A DNA stretch of 32,000 nucleotides, taken from contig NZ_CP059199.1 of NCBI RefSeq assembly GCF_014251775.1, positions 1 to 32,000 of the forward strand, given 5' to 3'. The notes beneath the pieces are model-generated. The model saw only the letters and a list, made by a program, of their open reading frames with translations, ran no database searches and was not told the DNA's origin. Made by a program: the position numbers and the translations under genes. Source of the stretch: Candidatus Saccharimonadota bacterium (lineage in GTDB: Bacteria; Bacteroidota; Bacteroidia; Flavobacteriales; Blattabacteriaceae). Below are positions 17,758-28,478 of this stretch, one piece after another. Position 1 is the stretch's first letter; every line of letters starts with the position of its first letter.

Positions 17758-18271
17758 TAAATTTATTGATAAATAAAATTTATAGACTTAGTCTAATAAT
17801 ACTTATCGACCATATAAGTAAGTATAAGCATTTAAGTATAATAGACTAGAAAATAATAAATAAAAAAATTTAAATATACATTTACTCCATTCTAAAATAT
17901 TATTAATAATTGATCATTTTAAAATCAAAAAAATAATTTAAGATTAAGATTATCTAATTTAGATTATGGAATTTTTTCTAAAAAAAATTATTTAACCATT
18001 TTCAATACTTTTGGATAAAATATAGTTTCAAATGTTAATTTTTTATTTTTATACAATCAAATAAAATTATTAATTATAAATCTTCTAATAAAAATAGAAT
18101 CATTAATTAATTAATTAATGGATTATTAAATTATATAATAAAATTACCAAAAAAAATTATTTAGAACAAAGAATTAATTAAAACATAACTACATATAACT
18201 AATAAAAAAAATACGAAAAAGTTGTAATATTATCATTAAAAATTTGAATTAAAATAAAATATTAACATTTA

Positions 18272-19021
18272 TTGAGATTTTTTATCGAATTATCTTATAA
18301 TGGAAAAGATTTTTATGGATGGCAAATACAAAAAAAAGTAAATACAATAGAAGAAAAATTGGAATATTGTTTATCAAAAATTTTGCGTAATCCAATAAAT
18401 TTAATAGGAGCTAGTAGAACAGATAAAGGCGTTCACGCTAAACAAATGTTTGCGCATTTTGATTATTATGATAAAAACAATATTGATTTTAATACTCTAA
18501 AAAATAGAGTAAATATTTTTTTACCTAATTCTATAAAAATATTAAATATTTTTCCAGTAAAAAAAAATGTTCATGCAAGATTTGATGCAATAAAAAGAAT
18601 ATACCAATATCATATTACATGCAAAAAAAATCCTTTTAATCAAAATTTATCATGGTATTGCTTTTATTCATTAAATATAAAAAAAATGAATATAGCTTCA
18701 AAAAAGCTATTAGATTATAAAGATTTTAGTGCTTTTTGTAAAAAAATTCAAAAAAATAAAAATAATAATTGTAAAATTTATCGTGCTTTTTGGTATAGAA
18801 AAAAAGAATCAATTTATTTTACAATTGAAGCTAATAGATTTTTAAGATCTATGGTACGATCCATTATAGGTACCATTATTGATGTTGGTAGAAATAAAAT
18901 TTCTATAGATGATTTTGTAAAAATTATAGAATCAAAAAATTTTAGATTATGTAGTCCTTTAGTTCCACCATACGGATTATTTCTTTCAAAAATTATCTAT
19001 CCAAAAGATATTTTTTTATGA
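18272..19021 (+). CDS. truA: tRNA pseudouridine(38-40) synthase TruA
   Basis: 249-aa ORF with a TTG start. The N-terminus is MRFFIELSYNGKDFYGWQIQ and the catalytic Asp context is GASRTDKGVHA. The downstream RFLRSMVR motif is present. Confidence 0.92.
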   Translation: MRFFIELSYNGKDFYGWQIQKKVNTIEEKLEYCLSKILRNPINLIGASRTDKGVHAKQMFAHFDYYDKNNIDFNTLKNRVNIFLPNSIKILNIFPVKKNVHARFDAIKRIYQYHITCKKNPFNQNLSWYCFYSLNIKKMNIASKKLLDYKDFSAFCKKIQKNKNNNCKIYRAFWYRKKESIYFTIEANRFLRSMVRSIIGTIIDVGRNKISIDDFVKIIESKNFRLCSPLVPPYGLFLSKIIYPKDIFL

Positions 19022-20754
19022 AAAATAATTTAAAAAAATTCATAGAATTTATTTTAGATTATAAATTAATTTTAATATTAATAATTATTATATCTATATT
19101 GAATTCTTTTATATCATCTTATAGACCAAAATTAATACAAGAAATTATAGATTATCATATTATTTATAAAGATCTATTAGGATTTCAAAAAATATTAGTG
19201 ATTAGTATATTTTTTCTTTTTTTAGAAAGTTTTTTAAATTTTGTATTATTATATCTTTCTAATATTTTATCTCAAAATATTATTTCAAACATAAGAATAT
19301 TATTATTCAACAAATTAATACATTTTAAAAATTACTTTTTTAACAAAAATCCAGTAGGAAAAATAATTTCTTATTGTATTTCAGATATAGAAACTATAAG
19401 TGTTATATTTAATGATGGAATACTTTTAATATCTGGAGATATAATTAAAATTGTAATGATCATTATAATGATGTATACTATCAATCATTTATTATCAATT
19501 ATAATATTATTAATTATTCCTGTTATATATATAATAACCAGATTTTTTCAAAAAAGACTTAAAAATACTTTTCATGAAGAAAGAAGACATAATTCTCATT
19601 TAAATAGTTTTATTCAAGAAAATATAATAGGAATGTTTATTATACAAATCTTTCATAAAGAAAAAGAAAAATATTTAGAATTTAAATCAATCAATTATAA
19701 ATTGATGAATGCTCATATTAAAACAGTTTTTTATTTTTCTATTTTTTTTCCATTAGTAGAACTTATTTCTGCAATAATGATAAGTATAGTAATTTTTTAT
19801 GGAGGAATTTATGCAATAAAAAAAGAAATCCAACCAGGAGAAATAATAGCTTTTATTTTTTTTATTTATTTACTTTTTAGACCAGTCCGGCAAATAGCAG
19901 ATAGATTTAATCTTATTCAAAGAGGATTAGTAGGAATAGAAAGAATATTTTATATATTAAATAATAATGATCATCATTCTGAAAAATTAGAATATAAAAA
20001 TAAACTTTTTTTTAAAAGAATTAAAGGATTTATTACATTTAATAATGTATATTATTATTATCCAAATAATAAGAAAAAATTAATATTAAATAGAATTTCT
20101 TTCAAAATAAAACCAGGTGAAAAAATAGCTATAATAGGTGATACAGGATCTGGAAAATCAACAATTGCTCATTTAATTTCTAGATTTTATGAATTAAAAA
20201 AAGGAAATATATATATAGATGGATTTTCTATAAAAAAAATTGATTTAAGAAATTTAAGATTTCATATAAGATTTATTCCCCAAAATATTTTCTTATTTAA
20301 TGATTCTATTTTAAATAATATAACATTAGGTAATCCTTTAATAAATTTTAATTCGGTCAAAAATATGGCAAAAAAAATTGGAATACATGATTTTATAAAA
20401 TCATTTCCAAATGGTTATCAATATGTAGTAAAAGAAAGGGGAGAATTATTATCTACTGGAGAAAAACAGCTAATTTCCTTTTTAAGAATTCAAATGCATC
20501 CTTATTCAATACTAATTCTTGATGAATCTACTGCTTCATTAAATAATAAACTAGAGAAAATAATTCAAAATGCTATTAATTTTATAGTTAAACAAAAAAC
20601 ATCTATTATTATAACTCATAAAATTTCAACATTAACAAATGTTGATAAAATACTTCTTCTTAAAAAAGGAAATATTATAGAATATGAATCACATAATGAT
20701 TTAATAAAATTAAATAAATATCATAAAAATGATACTATTTCTTTTTTAGATTAA
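19018..20754 (+). CDS. ABC exporter, fused permease/ATPase (MsbA-like)
   Basis: 578-aa ORF with a six-helix type I exporter TMD followed by an NBD. The NBD has Walker A GDTGSGKST, signature LSTGEKQ, Walker B ILILDEST and H-loop ITHK. The start overlaps the truA stop (ATGA). Confidence 0.88.
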   Translation: MKNNLKKFIEFILDYKLILILIIIISILNSFISSYRPKLIQEIIDYHIIYKDLLGFQKILVISIFFLFLESFLNFVLLYLSNILSQNIISNIRILLFNKLIHFKNYFFNKNPVGKIISYCISDIETISVIFNDGILLISGDIIKIVMIIIMMYTINHLLSIIILLIIPVIYIITRFFQKRLKNTFHEERRHNSHLNSFIQENIIGMFIIQIFHKEKEKYLEFKSINYKLMNAHIKTVFYFSIFFPLVELISAIMISIVIFYGGIYAIKKEIQPGEIIAFIFFIYLLFRPVRQIADRFNLIQRGLVGIERIFYILNNNDHHSEKLEYKNKLFFKRIKGFITFNNVYYYYPNNKKKLILNRISFKIKPGEKIAIIGDTGSGKSTIAHLISRFYELKKGNIYIDGFSIKKIDLRNLRFHIRFIPQNIFLFNDSILNNITLGNPLINFNSVKNMAKKIGIHDFIKSFPNGYQYVVKERGELLSTGEKQLISFLRIQMHPYSILILDESTASLNNKLEKIIQNAINFIVKQKTSIIITHKISTLTNVDKILLLKKGNIIEYESHNDLIKLNKYHKNDTISFLD

Positions 20755-20812
20755 ATTAGATTAATCATATGATTATAAATTATATAAAAAATTATTATTT
20801 TTAAATAAAATT

Positions 20813-21454
20813 ATGAATATTAATCATCGTTATCAAGGACCGGAAATAGAACTATTTCTTAATGGAAATCCACCAATTTTTAATAAAAATTTTTACAATA
20901 AAAATAAAAAAATTTTTGCCGTGGATGGTGCATATAATTACTTAAAAAAAAATAAAATTAAAGTAGATTATTTTAGCGGTGATTTTGATTCTTTTCCTTA
21001 TTTAAACAAGGGAAAAATTTCTGTAAAAAAATGTATTTTTGAAACTTTTAATCAACAAAAAACTGATTTTGAAAAAGCTTTGAACATTATTTTTCATAAA
21101 GGTTATTTTAATATAAATGTTTGGGGAGCTAGTGGAAAAGAACAAGATCATTTTTTAGGTAATATTTCTGTAGCATTAAAATATAAAAATGAATTATCTA
21201 TAATATTTTATGATAAATATTATTCATATTTTTTTCTTCAAAAAAAATCTAATTTTTTCGTAAAAAAAAATAAAATAATATCTCTTTTTCCATTTCCAAA
21301 AGTTATGGGATTAAGAACTAATGGATTAAAATATTCTACAAAATATATGAAAATGGAAATCGGAAAAGATATTGGAATAAGAAATAAATCTATAAAAGAA
21401 AAAATAGAAATATCATATAAAAGTGGAAATATTTTAATTTTTATAGAAAAATAA
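20813..21454 (+). CDS. Thiamine pyrophosphokinase
   Basis: 213-aa ORF with TPK motifs FAVDGAYNYL, GDFDS, QQKTDFEKAL and GASGKEQDHFLGN. Confidence 0.85.
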   Translation: MNINHRYQGPEIELFLNGNPPIFNKNFYNKNKKIFAVDGAYNYLKKNKIKVDYFSGDFDSFPYLNKGKISVKKCIFETFNQQKTDFEKALNIIFHKGYFNINVWGASGKEQDHFLGNISVALKYKNELSIIFYDKYYSYFFLQKKSNFFVKKNKIISLFPFPKVMGLRTNGLKYSTKYMKMEIGKDIGIRNKSIKEKIEISYKSGNILIFIEK

Positions 21455-21458
21455 AATT

Positions 21459-22382
21459 TTATAATTTTATTTTTTCTAAAATATTATTTATCTGATATGC
21501 AGATTTATGTAATAAATATAATTCATTCTTATTTAATTGTAATTCTATAATTTTTTCAACTCCATTTTTTCCTAAAATTATTGGGACCCCTAAAAAAATA
21601 TTTTTTAAATTATATTCTCCCTTTAAGAAAGAAGAACAACAATATATATTTCTAGAATTTGTTAAAATAGATTCAATCATTTTTACAATAGACATTGATG
21701 GTGCTATCCAGGCAGAAGTTCCTAAATAATTAACTATACTTGCTCCTGCGTATTTAGTCATTTCAATAATTTCTTGATTATCTTCTTCTGATATAAATTC
21801 TTTAATGGGAATTCCAGAAATAGTAGTATATCTATATAAAGGTACCATGGTATCTCCATGTCCACCTAATAATAAAGTTTGAATATTAACAGGAGATACA
21901 TTTATTTTTTTAGATAAGAAATAACAATATCTTGCAGAATCTAAAATTCCTGCCATCCCTATTATTTTATAAGGATTTATTTTAGCTGTCATATAAGTAA
22001 TATATGTCATTACATCTAATGGATTAGAAACAACTATAAACTTAGCATTAGGAGATAATTTTATAGAATTATTTACAACAGACCTTATAATTTTAGAATT
22101 AGTATTCACTAAATCATCACGACTCATTCCGGGTTTTCTAGTTATTCCACAAGTAATAACTATTATTTCAGAATTTTCTGATTTTGTATAATCGTTTGTA
22201 TATCCATTTATTTTTGTACTAGAATCTATAATAGAAATCATTTGTGATATATCTAAACTTTTTCCTTCAGAAATTTTTGGCTTAATATCTATAAGTACAA
22301 TTTCTCTGACTATATTTTTTTTAGCTAAAAAAGTAGCACAAGAAGAACCAACATTTCCCGATCCAATAATAGTAACCTTCAT
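21459..22382 (-). CDS. mdh: Malate dehydrogenase (LDH-like, NAD-dependent)
   Basis: 307-aa ORF with Rossmann motif IIGSGNVG, substrate-binding loop GITRKPGMSRDDL and GGHGDTMVP. Confidence 0.93.
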   Translation of the reverse strand: MKVTIIGSGNVGSSCATFLAKKNIVREIVLIDIKPKISEGKSLDISQMISIIDSSTKINGYTNDYTKSENSEIIVITCGITRKPGMSRDDLVNTNSKIIRSVVNNSIKLSPNAKFIVVSNPLDVMTYITYMTAKINPYKIIGMAGILDSARYCYFLSKKINVSPVNIQTLLLGGHGDTMVPLYRYTTISGIPIKEFISEEDNQEIIEMTKYAGASIVNYLGTSAWIAPSMSIVKMIESILTNSRNIYCCSSFLKGEYNLKNIFLGVPIILGKNGVEKIIELQLNKNELYLLHKSAYQINNILEKIKL

Positions 22383-22454
22383 TCTTAATTTTTTTGATAA
22401 ATAAATATTTTTCTAACTTTGTAATATAAACACATTTTGTTAATATCATGAAAT

Positions 22455-25334
22455 ATGAGAGATGATTACATCAAAAGAGATGATTTTTGCTATAGACATA
22501 TAGGATCTTCTAATGAAGATATAAAAAATATGTTAAAAACTATAAAATCATCATCTTTAAATGAATTTATAAATAAAACCATTCCTGAAAAAATTCGTTT
22601 TAATGGTGATTTGAATCTCCCTGATTCTATATCTGAATATCAGTATTTAAATCATATTAATAATATTGGAAAAAAGAATAAAATATATCGTTCTTATATA
22701 GGTATAGGATATAAAAATACAATTGTTCCAAGTGTTATTCAAAGAAATATTTTACAAAATCCAAATTGGTATACACCTTATACTCCATATCAATCTGAAA
22801 TATCTCAAGGAAGATTAGAAGCTTTATTAAATTTTCAAACCATGATTTCAGATATTACCGGAATGAAAATTAGTAATGCATCGATGCTAGATGAATCTTC
22901 TGCCGCAGGAGACGCTTTATTTATGATATACCAAAAATTTTTAAAAGAAAATAATAATAAAGTTAACGATAATCATTATTTTTTCATTTCAAATGAAGTA
23001 TTACCACAAATTAAATACGTATTAAAAACAAGATGTTTTGGATTAGGAATTAAATTAATTGAAGATAATTATGAAAAATTAATTCAAGGAAAATATAATA
23101 AAAAAATAATGTTAGGAATATTAATCCCTTATCCATCTTATTTAGGTGAAATACATAATTATTTAGAATTAATTAATTATGCAAAAAAAAATAATATTCC
23201 AATAATAATATCTGCTGATTTATTATCTTTAATTTTATTAAAATCTCCTGGAGAATTAGGAGCAGATGTAGTAATAGGATCTAGTCAATCTTTTGGAATT
23301 CCATTATCCTATGGAGGACCTTATGCTGCATTTTTTTCAATTAATGAGGAATATAAAAGATTTCTACCAGGTAGAATAATCGGTGTTTCAATTGATAAAA
23401 ATAATAAAAAAGCATTACGAATGGCATTACAAACCAGAGAGCAACATATAAGAAGAGAAAAAGCAACTTCTAACATATGTACATCACAAGTTTTACCTGC
23501 CATAATTTCTTCTATGTATGCCGTTTATCATGGAAAAAATGGATTAATTAAAATAGCTAAAAATATACATAAAAATGCTAAAATTCTAGAATATTTATTA
23601 TCTAATTATGAGAATTTAAATCAATTAAATAAATATTATTTTGATACAATTAGAATAAAAACAAATTCTAATATTATAAAAAAAATAAAAAAAATATCTG
23701 AAAAAAATAAAATTAATTTTGGTTATCCAAAAAATAACCAAATCATTATAAGTTTAGATGAAACTACTAATTATAATGATATTATTGACATCTCATCTAT
23801 TTTTGCTGAAGCAACTCAATCAAAAAAAAGAAAAGAATATATAATTCTTAAAAAAGATAAAATTCCTATTTCTTTAAAAAGAAAATCTGATTTTTTAAAT
23901 CATAAAACATTTCATAAATATCATTCAGAAAATGAATTAATCCGCTATATTAAAAGATTAGAAAAAAAAGATATTTCTTTAAATCATTCTATGATTCCAT
24001 TAGGATCATGTACGATGAAATTAAATTCATCTGTAGAATTAGAATCTTTAACTCAAAATGAATGGAAAAATATCCATCCATTTGTTCCTAGTAAGCAATC
24101 AAATGGATATAGTTTTATTATAAAAAAATTAAAAAATTATTTAAAAGAAATTACAGGATTACCTGGAATTTCTTTACAACCTAATTCAGGTGCTCAAGGA
24201 GAATATGCTGGACTTATGACAATAAAACAATATTATCATTCGTTAAAAGAATATCAAAGAAATATAGCATTGATTCCTTCTTCTTCTCATGGAACTAATC
24301 CAGCTTCAGCAAAAATGGCTGGAATGAAAATCATTTTATTAAATACAATAAAAAATGGATCTATTGATATAGAAGATTTACTTAAAAAAATTGAAAAATA
24401 TAGAAATTTTTTATCTGTATTAATGATAACTTATCCATCTGTACATGGAATATATGAAGAAAATATTAAAGAGATTATTAAAATTATTCATAAAAATGGA
24501 GGACAAGTATATATGGATGGTGCAAATATGAATGCTCAAGTTGGACTAATTAAACCTTCAGATTTAGGAATTGATGTATGTCATATAAATCTTCATAAAA
24601 CATTTGCTATTCCTCACGGTGGTGGTGGTCCTGGAATGGGGCCTATCTGTGTAAAATCACATTTAATTCCATTTTTACCTAATTATCCATTATATAATAA
24701 AAAATATAAAAAAAGAATATTAACTATTTCTTCTTCTCCATATGGAGCTCCTCTTATATTAACTATATCATATGCTTACATTCGATTATTAGGAGCAAAT
24801 GGTTTAACCAATTGTACAAAAATATCATTATTAAATGCCAATTATATAAAAGAAAAATTAAAAAATTTTTATAATATATTATATGTTGGAAAAAATAATA
24901 TGGTAGCACATGAATTAATAATAGATTGTAAAATTTTTAAACCTTTCGGAATAGAAGTAACAGATATTGCAAAAAGAATGATCGATTACGGTTATCATGC
25001 ACCTACTATATCATTTCCAGTAAATGGATGTATGATGATTGAACCTACTGAAAGTGAATCAAAAAGTGAAATTGATCGTTTTATAGAAGTTCTTATATCA
25101 ATAAGACAAGAAATTAAAGAAATAGAATGTAAAAAATATTCTAAAGAAAATAATGTTATTAAAAATGCTCCTCATAGTATAGAAACATTGACCAATGATA
25201 ATTGGAACTATCCATATAGTCGAAAAAAAGCTGCCTATCCACTTAATTGGATAAAAGAAAACAAATTTTGGATATCAATAGATCGTATTGATGATGCATA
25301 TGGCGATAGAAATTTAATATGTAGATGCATCTAA
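22455..25334 (+). CDS. gcvP: Glycine dehydrogenase (decarboxylating), single-chain P protein of the glycine cleavage system
   Basis: 959-aa ORF with RHIG near the N-terminus and NPNWYTPYTPYQSEISQGRLEALLNFQT. The PLP-lysine context is NLHKTFAIPHGGGGPG. Confidence 0.96.
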   Translation: MRDDYIKRDDFCYRHIGSSNEDIKNMLKTIKSSSLNEFINKTIPEKIRFNGDLNLPDSISEYQYLNHINNIGKKNKIYRSYIGIGYKNTIVPSVIQRNILQNPNWYTPYTPYQSEISQGRLEALLNFQTMISDITGMKISNASMLDESSAAGDALFMIYQKFLKENNNKVNDNHYFFISNEVLPQIKYVLKTRCFGLGIKLIEDNYEKLIQGKYNKKIMLGILIPYPSYLGEIHNYLELINYAKKNNIPIIISADLLSLILLKSPGELGADVVIGSSQSFGIPLSYGGPYAAFFSINEEYKRFLPGRIIGVSIDKNNKKALRMALQTREQHIRREKATSNICTSQVLPAIISSMYAVYHGKNGLIKIAKNIHKNAKILEYLLSNYENLNQLNKYYFDTIRIKTNSNIIKKIKKISEKNKINFGYPKNNQIIISLDETTNYNDIIDISSIFAEATQSKKRKEYIILKKDKIPISLKRKSDFLNHKTFHKYHSENELIRYIKRLEKKDISLNHSMIPLGSCTMKLNSSVELESLTQNEWKNIHPFVPSKQSNGYSFIIKKLKNYLKEITGLPGISLQPNSGAQGEYAGLMTIKQYYHSLKEYQRNIALIPSSSHGTNPASAKMAGMKIILLNTIKNGSIDIEDLLKKIEKYRNFLSVLMITYPSVHGIYEENIKEIIKIIHKNGGQVYMDGANMNAQVGLIKPSDLGIDVCHINLHKTFAIPHGGGGPGMGPICVKSHLIPFLPNYPLYNKKYKKRILTISSSPYGAPLILTISYAYIRLLGANGLTNCTKISLLNANYIKEKLKNFYNILYVGKNNMVAHELIIDCKIFKPFGIEVTDIAKRMIDYGYHAPTISFPVNGCMMIEPTESESKSEIDRFIEVLISIRQEIKEIECKKYSKENNVIKNAPHSIETLTNDNWNYPYSRKKAAYPLNWIKENKFWISIDRIDDAYGDRNLICRCI

Positions 25335-26371
25335 TTAATGAAATATTTAAACTTTGAATATGGTGTTACATTAAGGGAATTAAACTGTTTTTTATGATAT
25401 TTTATCATTCCTGTAATAGCTATCATAGCACCGTTATCATTAGTATAAAGATTATTTGGAATAAATAAATTCCAATTATTTTTTTTAGCTTGAAATAAAA
25501 AAACTTTTTTAACTCTTTCATTAGATGAAACTCCTCCTGATAAAGTAATCCGGTTTATTTTAGTTTTTATAACTGCTTTATGTATTTTTTCTATAAGAAT
25601 ATCTATTATAATATTTTGAATAGAAGCACATAAATCAAATAGATTTTTTTTTAAAAAATTAGGATCCTTTATTAATTTTTCATCAATAAATCTAAAAATA
25701 TAACTTTTTAATCCGCTAAAACTAAAATTTAACCCTTTTACTAGTGGTTTTGGAAATTTAAATTTTTTAAAATTTCCATATTTAGAATACTTTTCTATAA
25801 AAACTCCTCCTGGATAAGAAAAACCAAATTTTCTAGCAATCTTATCGAATACTTCTCCTATAGGATTATCTAGTGTACTACCTAATACTTTCATATGTAA
25901 ATAATCATCTACTTTTATAATTAATGTATGTCCTCCGCTTATTACTAAACTTAAAAATGGAAAATTTGGATAAGAATTATTAATATTTCCATTTTCTATG
26001 AAATGTATTAATGTATGTGCTTGAATATGATCAACTGTTATAATAGGAATATTTAATCCTATCGCTAATGATTTGGCTAAAGAACATCCTATTAATAATG
26101 AACCTATTAATCCTGGTCCAATGGTAAAAGATACAGCATCAATTTGATATTTTTTTATATTTGCTAATTTAATAGATTTATCTATTGCTTTTAATAAGTT
26201 TTTATCATGTAATCTTGCAGCTAATTCCGGAACAATTCCACCATATTTTTTATGTATATTTTGACCAATTATAACGTTAGATAAAATTTTTCTAGATCTA
26301 ATAATAGATACTGCAGAATCATCACATGAGGATTCAATACCAATAATAATTGGATCTTTTTTATACTTCAT
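25331..26371 (-). CDS. tsaD: tRNA N6-adenosine threonylcarbamoyltransferase TsaD (Kae1/Gcp family)
   Basis: 346-aa ORF with GIESSCDDSAV, metal-binding VDHIQAH and VISGGHT. Its stop overlaps the gcvP stop on the opposite strand (CTAA at 25331-25334). Confidence 0.93.
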   Translation of the reverse strand: MKYKKDPIIIGIESSCDDSAVSIIRSRKILSNVIIGQNIHKKYGGIVPELAARLHDKNLLKAIDKSIKLANIKKYQIDAVSFTIGPGLIGSLLIGCSLAKSLAIGLNIPIITVDHIQAHTLIHFIENGNINNSYPNFPFLSLVISGGHTLIIKVDDYLHMKVLGSTLDNPIGEVFDKIARKFGFSYPGGVFIEKYSKYGNFKKFKFPKPLVKGLNFSFSGLKSYIFRFIDEKLIKDPNFLKKNLFDLCASIQNIIIDILIEKIHKAVIKTKINRITLSGGVSSNERVKKVFLFQAKKNNWNLFIPNNLYTNDNGAMIAITGMIKYHKKQFNSLNVTPYSKFKYFIN

Positions 26372-26476
26372 AATTTTTTTTATAAATTATATTATATATT
26401 TTATGTTATTATTATTTATTATGGTAATAATATATTTAATTATTATATATTATTTCAATTTTTTTAAAAAAATTAT

Positions 26477-28429
26477 ATGATTTTCAATTTTAAAAAAAAA
26501 TCTAAATATTTTTTTTATAAAAATTATCTATATAAAATATCTGTTCCAATTATAATAATTTTATTACTAACATTATTTTCTCCGAAAAAAAAAACATTTG
26601 AATATAAATTTTATAAAAATGGAAAATGGAAATATATAGATTTATCATCTCCATTTGATTTTAAAATTTATGAAAAGAAAATAATTAATAAAATATTTCT
26701 TTTTAATAAAAAAGAAATAAAAAAAAATATAGAAAAAAATATAATAAAAGATAAAATTTCAAAAAAAGATAATTTTTATAATGTTATAAATCATTTTATA
26801 TCTATTTTCATCAATGATATTTCTTTTCTAAAAAAAGAAGAAATATCTTCATTATCTACTATTGAAAATAAAATATATTGGATTTTAAATAAAAAATCTT
26901 TTCCAAAAATAAAAAATATTATTAATGATAATAATTTTCAAGAAAATATCATAAAAAATATTTTGAATAAAAATATAACGTTGAATAGTATTTACAATAT
27001 TCCAAATACTGAAAAATTAAAAAATAAAAATATTAAATTCTTTTTTAAGAAAGGAGATAAAATTATTAAAAAAAATGAAATAATTGACGATAATAAAATT
27101 CATATTTTATCAGAATTAAAAAAAGAATATGAAAAAAAAATATGGAATAAAAAAAAATATTATTTTTCAATAATTGGTTGTTTATTAATCAATAGTATTA
27201 TTATATTTCTATATAATTTATATATTTTTTATTTCCAAAAATATATTTATTTAGATAACAAAAAAATTAACTTTTTATTTTTCAATATATTATTAATATC
27301 TATAATAACAATTTTAATATTAAATTTTTATTTAAAAATATTGTATATAATCCCATTTTGGATAATACCTGTAAATATTATTATTTTTTTTAATTATAAT
27401 ATTAGTATTATTACATATTTAATAACAATATTATTATTATCATTAATTGTTCCTAATCGTTTAGAATTTTTATTTATACAAATAATTACTGGATTATTAA
27501 TCTTATTAACTACAGGTGATCTTTATAAAATGAAAAATATATTATTCACTATTATAAAGGTAATTATTACTTATATAATAATATTTGGAATATATCAGTT
27601 ATTTTATAAAGGAACTATAGATTATTTAAATACAAATATTATTTTATTATTTTTTATAAATGGTTTTTTTGCATTATTAATTCATCCATTAATTTTTATT
27701 TTTGAGAAATTATTTAATGTTACTTCAAATATTTCTTTAATAGAATTATCTGATTTAAATAGTCCTATATTACGTTTACTTTATAAAAAAGCACCTGGAA
27801 CATTACAACATGTTTTAATAGTTTCAAATCTTGCTGAAGCTGCTGCTATTTCTATTGGAGCCAATTCTTTATTAGCAAAAATTGGAAGTATTTATCATGA
27901 TATAGGTAAGATAAAAAATTCAAAATTTTTTATTGAAAATCAATATAATATTAAAAATCCACATGAAAAATTAAATCCTAAAAAAAGTGCTAAAATTATA
28001 TTAAATCATGTTTATTACGGATTAATTTTAGCTAAAAAATATAAATTACCTAATTCCATTATAGATTTTATACGTACTCATCACGGTGATAGTATTATTG
28101 AGTATTTTTATGAAAGATATAAAAAAAAAAATCCTAATATTAAAATAAAGAAAAAACAATTTCAATATCCAGGCCCCAAACCTTTTTCTAAAGAAACTGT
28201 TATTGTAATGATCGCTGATTCTTTAGAAGCTGCTTCTAAAAGTATAAAAAATCCATCTTCTAAAAAGATTGATTTTCTTGTAGATAAGATTTTTTATAAA
28301 AAAAAAAAGGAAAATCAATTATTAAATGCAAATATTACATTAAAAGAAATTGAAAAACTTAAAAAAGTTTTTCGAAAAAAATTAAAAAATATATTTCATA
28401 CTAGAACAAAATTTTTTCGAAAAAATTAA
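26477..28429 (+). CDS. 7TM-receptor-type HD/HDIG metal-dependent phosphohydrolase (PgpH/YqfF-like)
   Basis: 650-aa ORF. It has a signal/TM helix, a low-complexity extracytoplasmic region of about 200 aa, a block of seven hydrophobic helices and a C-terminal HD domain. HD-domain motifs are LQHVLIVSNL, YHDIGK, THHGD and IADSLEAASKS. Confidence 0.85.
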   Translation: MIFNFKKKSKYFFYKNYLYKISVPIIIILLLTLFSPKKKTFEYKFYKNGKWKYIDLSSPFDFKIYEKKIINKIFLFNKKEIKKNIEKNIIKDKISKKDNFYNVINHFISIFINDISFLKKEEISSLSTIENKIYWILNKKSFPKIKNIINDNNFQENIIKNILNKNITLNSIYNIPNTEKLKNKNIKFFFKKGDKIIKKNEIIDDNKIHILSELKKEYEKKIWNKKKYYFSIIGCLLINSIIIFLYNLYIFYFQKYIYLDNKKINFLFFNILLISIITILILNFYLKILYIIPFWIIPVNIIIFFNYNISIITYLITILLLSLIVPNRLEFLFIQIITGLLILLTTGDLYKMKNILFTIIKVIITYIIIFGIYQLFYKGTIDYLNTNIILLFFINGFFALLIHPLIFIFEKLFNVTSNISLIELSDLNSPILRLLYKKAPGTLQHVLIVSNLAEAAAISIGANSLLAKIGSIYHDIGKIKNSKFFIENQYNIKNPHEKLNPKKSAKIILNHVYYGLILAKKYKLPNSIIDFIRTHHGDSIIEYFYERYKKKNPNIKIKKKQFQYPGPKPFSKETVIVMIADSLEAASKSIKNPSSKKIDFLVDKIFYKKKKENQLLNANITLKEIEKLKKVFRKKLKNIFHTRTKFFRKN

Positions 28430-28446
28430 ATACGAGCAAATAATTA

Positions 28447-28478
28447 TTTGTTTATTTAATATATCTATTTTAGATTTG
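28447..28478 (+). promoter_or_regulatory. Bacteroidetes-type sigma-A promoter upstream of the tRNA cluster
   Basis: A TTTG (-33) lies at 28447-28450 and a TAgaTTTG (-7, consensus TAnnTTTG) at 28471-28478. The spacer is exactly 20 nt, and the -7 box ends 24 nt before tRNA-Ser. This is a sequence match only and is not experimentally supported. Confidence 0.5.

Noticed and set aside
17801-17812. TTATCGACC-like sequence in the 514-bp desert, a possible DnaA box or oriC.
   Set aside because: There is only a single imperfect match (about 7 of 9 to TTATCCACA), no cluster of boxes and no flanking replication genes. It cannot be distinguished from chance without GC-skew analysis.
18103-18118. (TTAA)4 block in the desert, a possible engineered-looking multi-frame stop or transposon (piggyBac/Tc-type TTAA) target.
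   Set aside because: It is a short microsatellite that is easily generated by slippage in AT-rich DNA. There are no flanking inverted repeats or transposase remnants.
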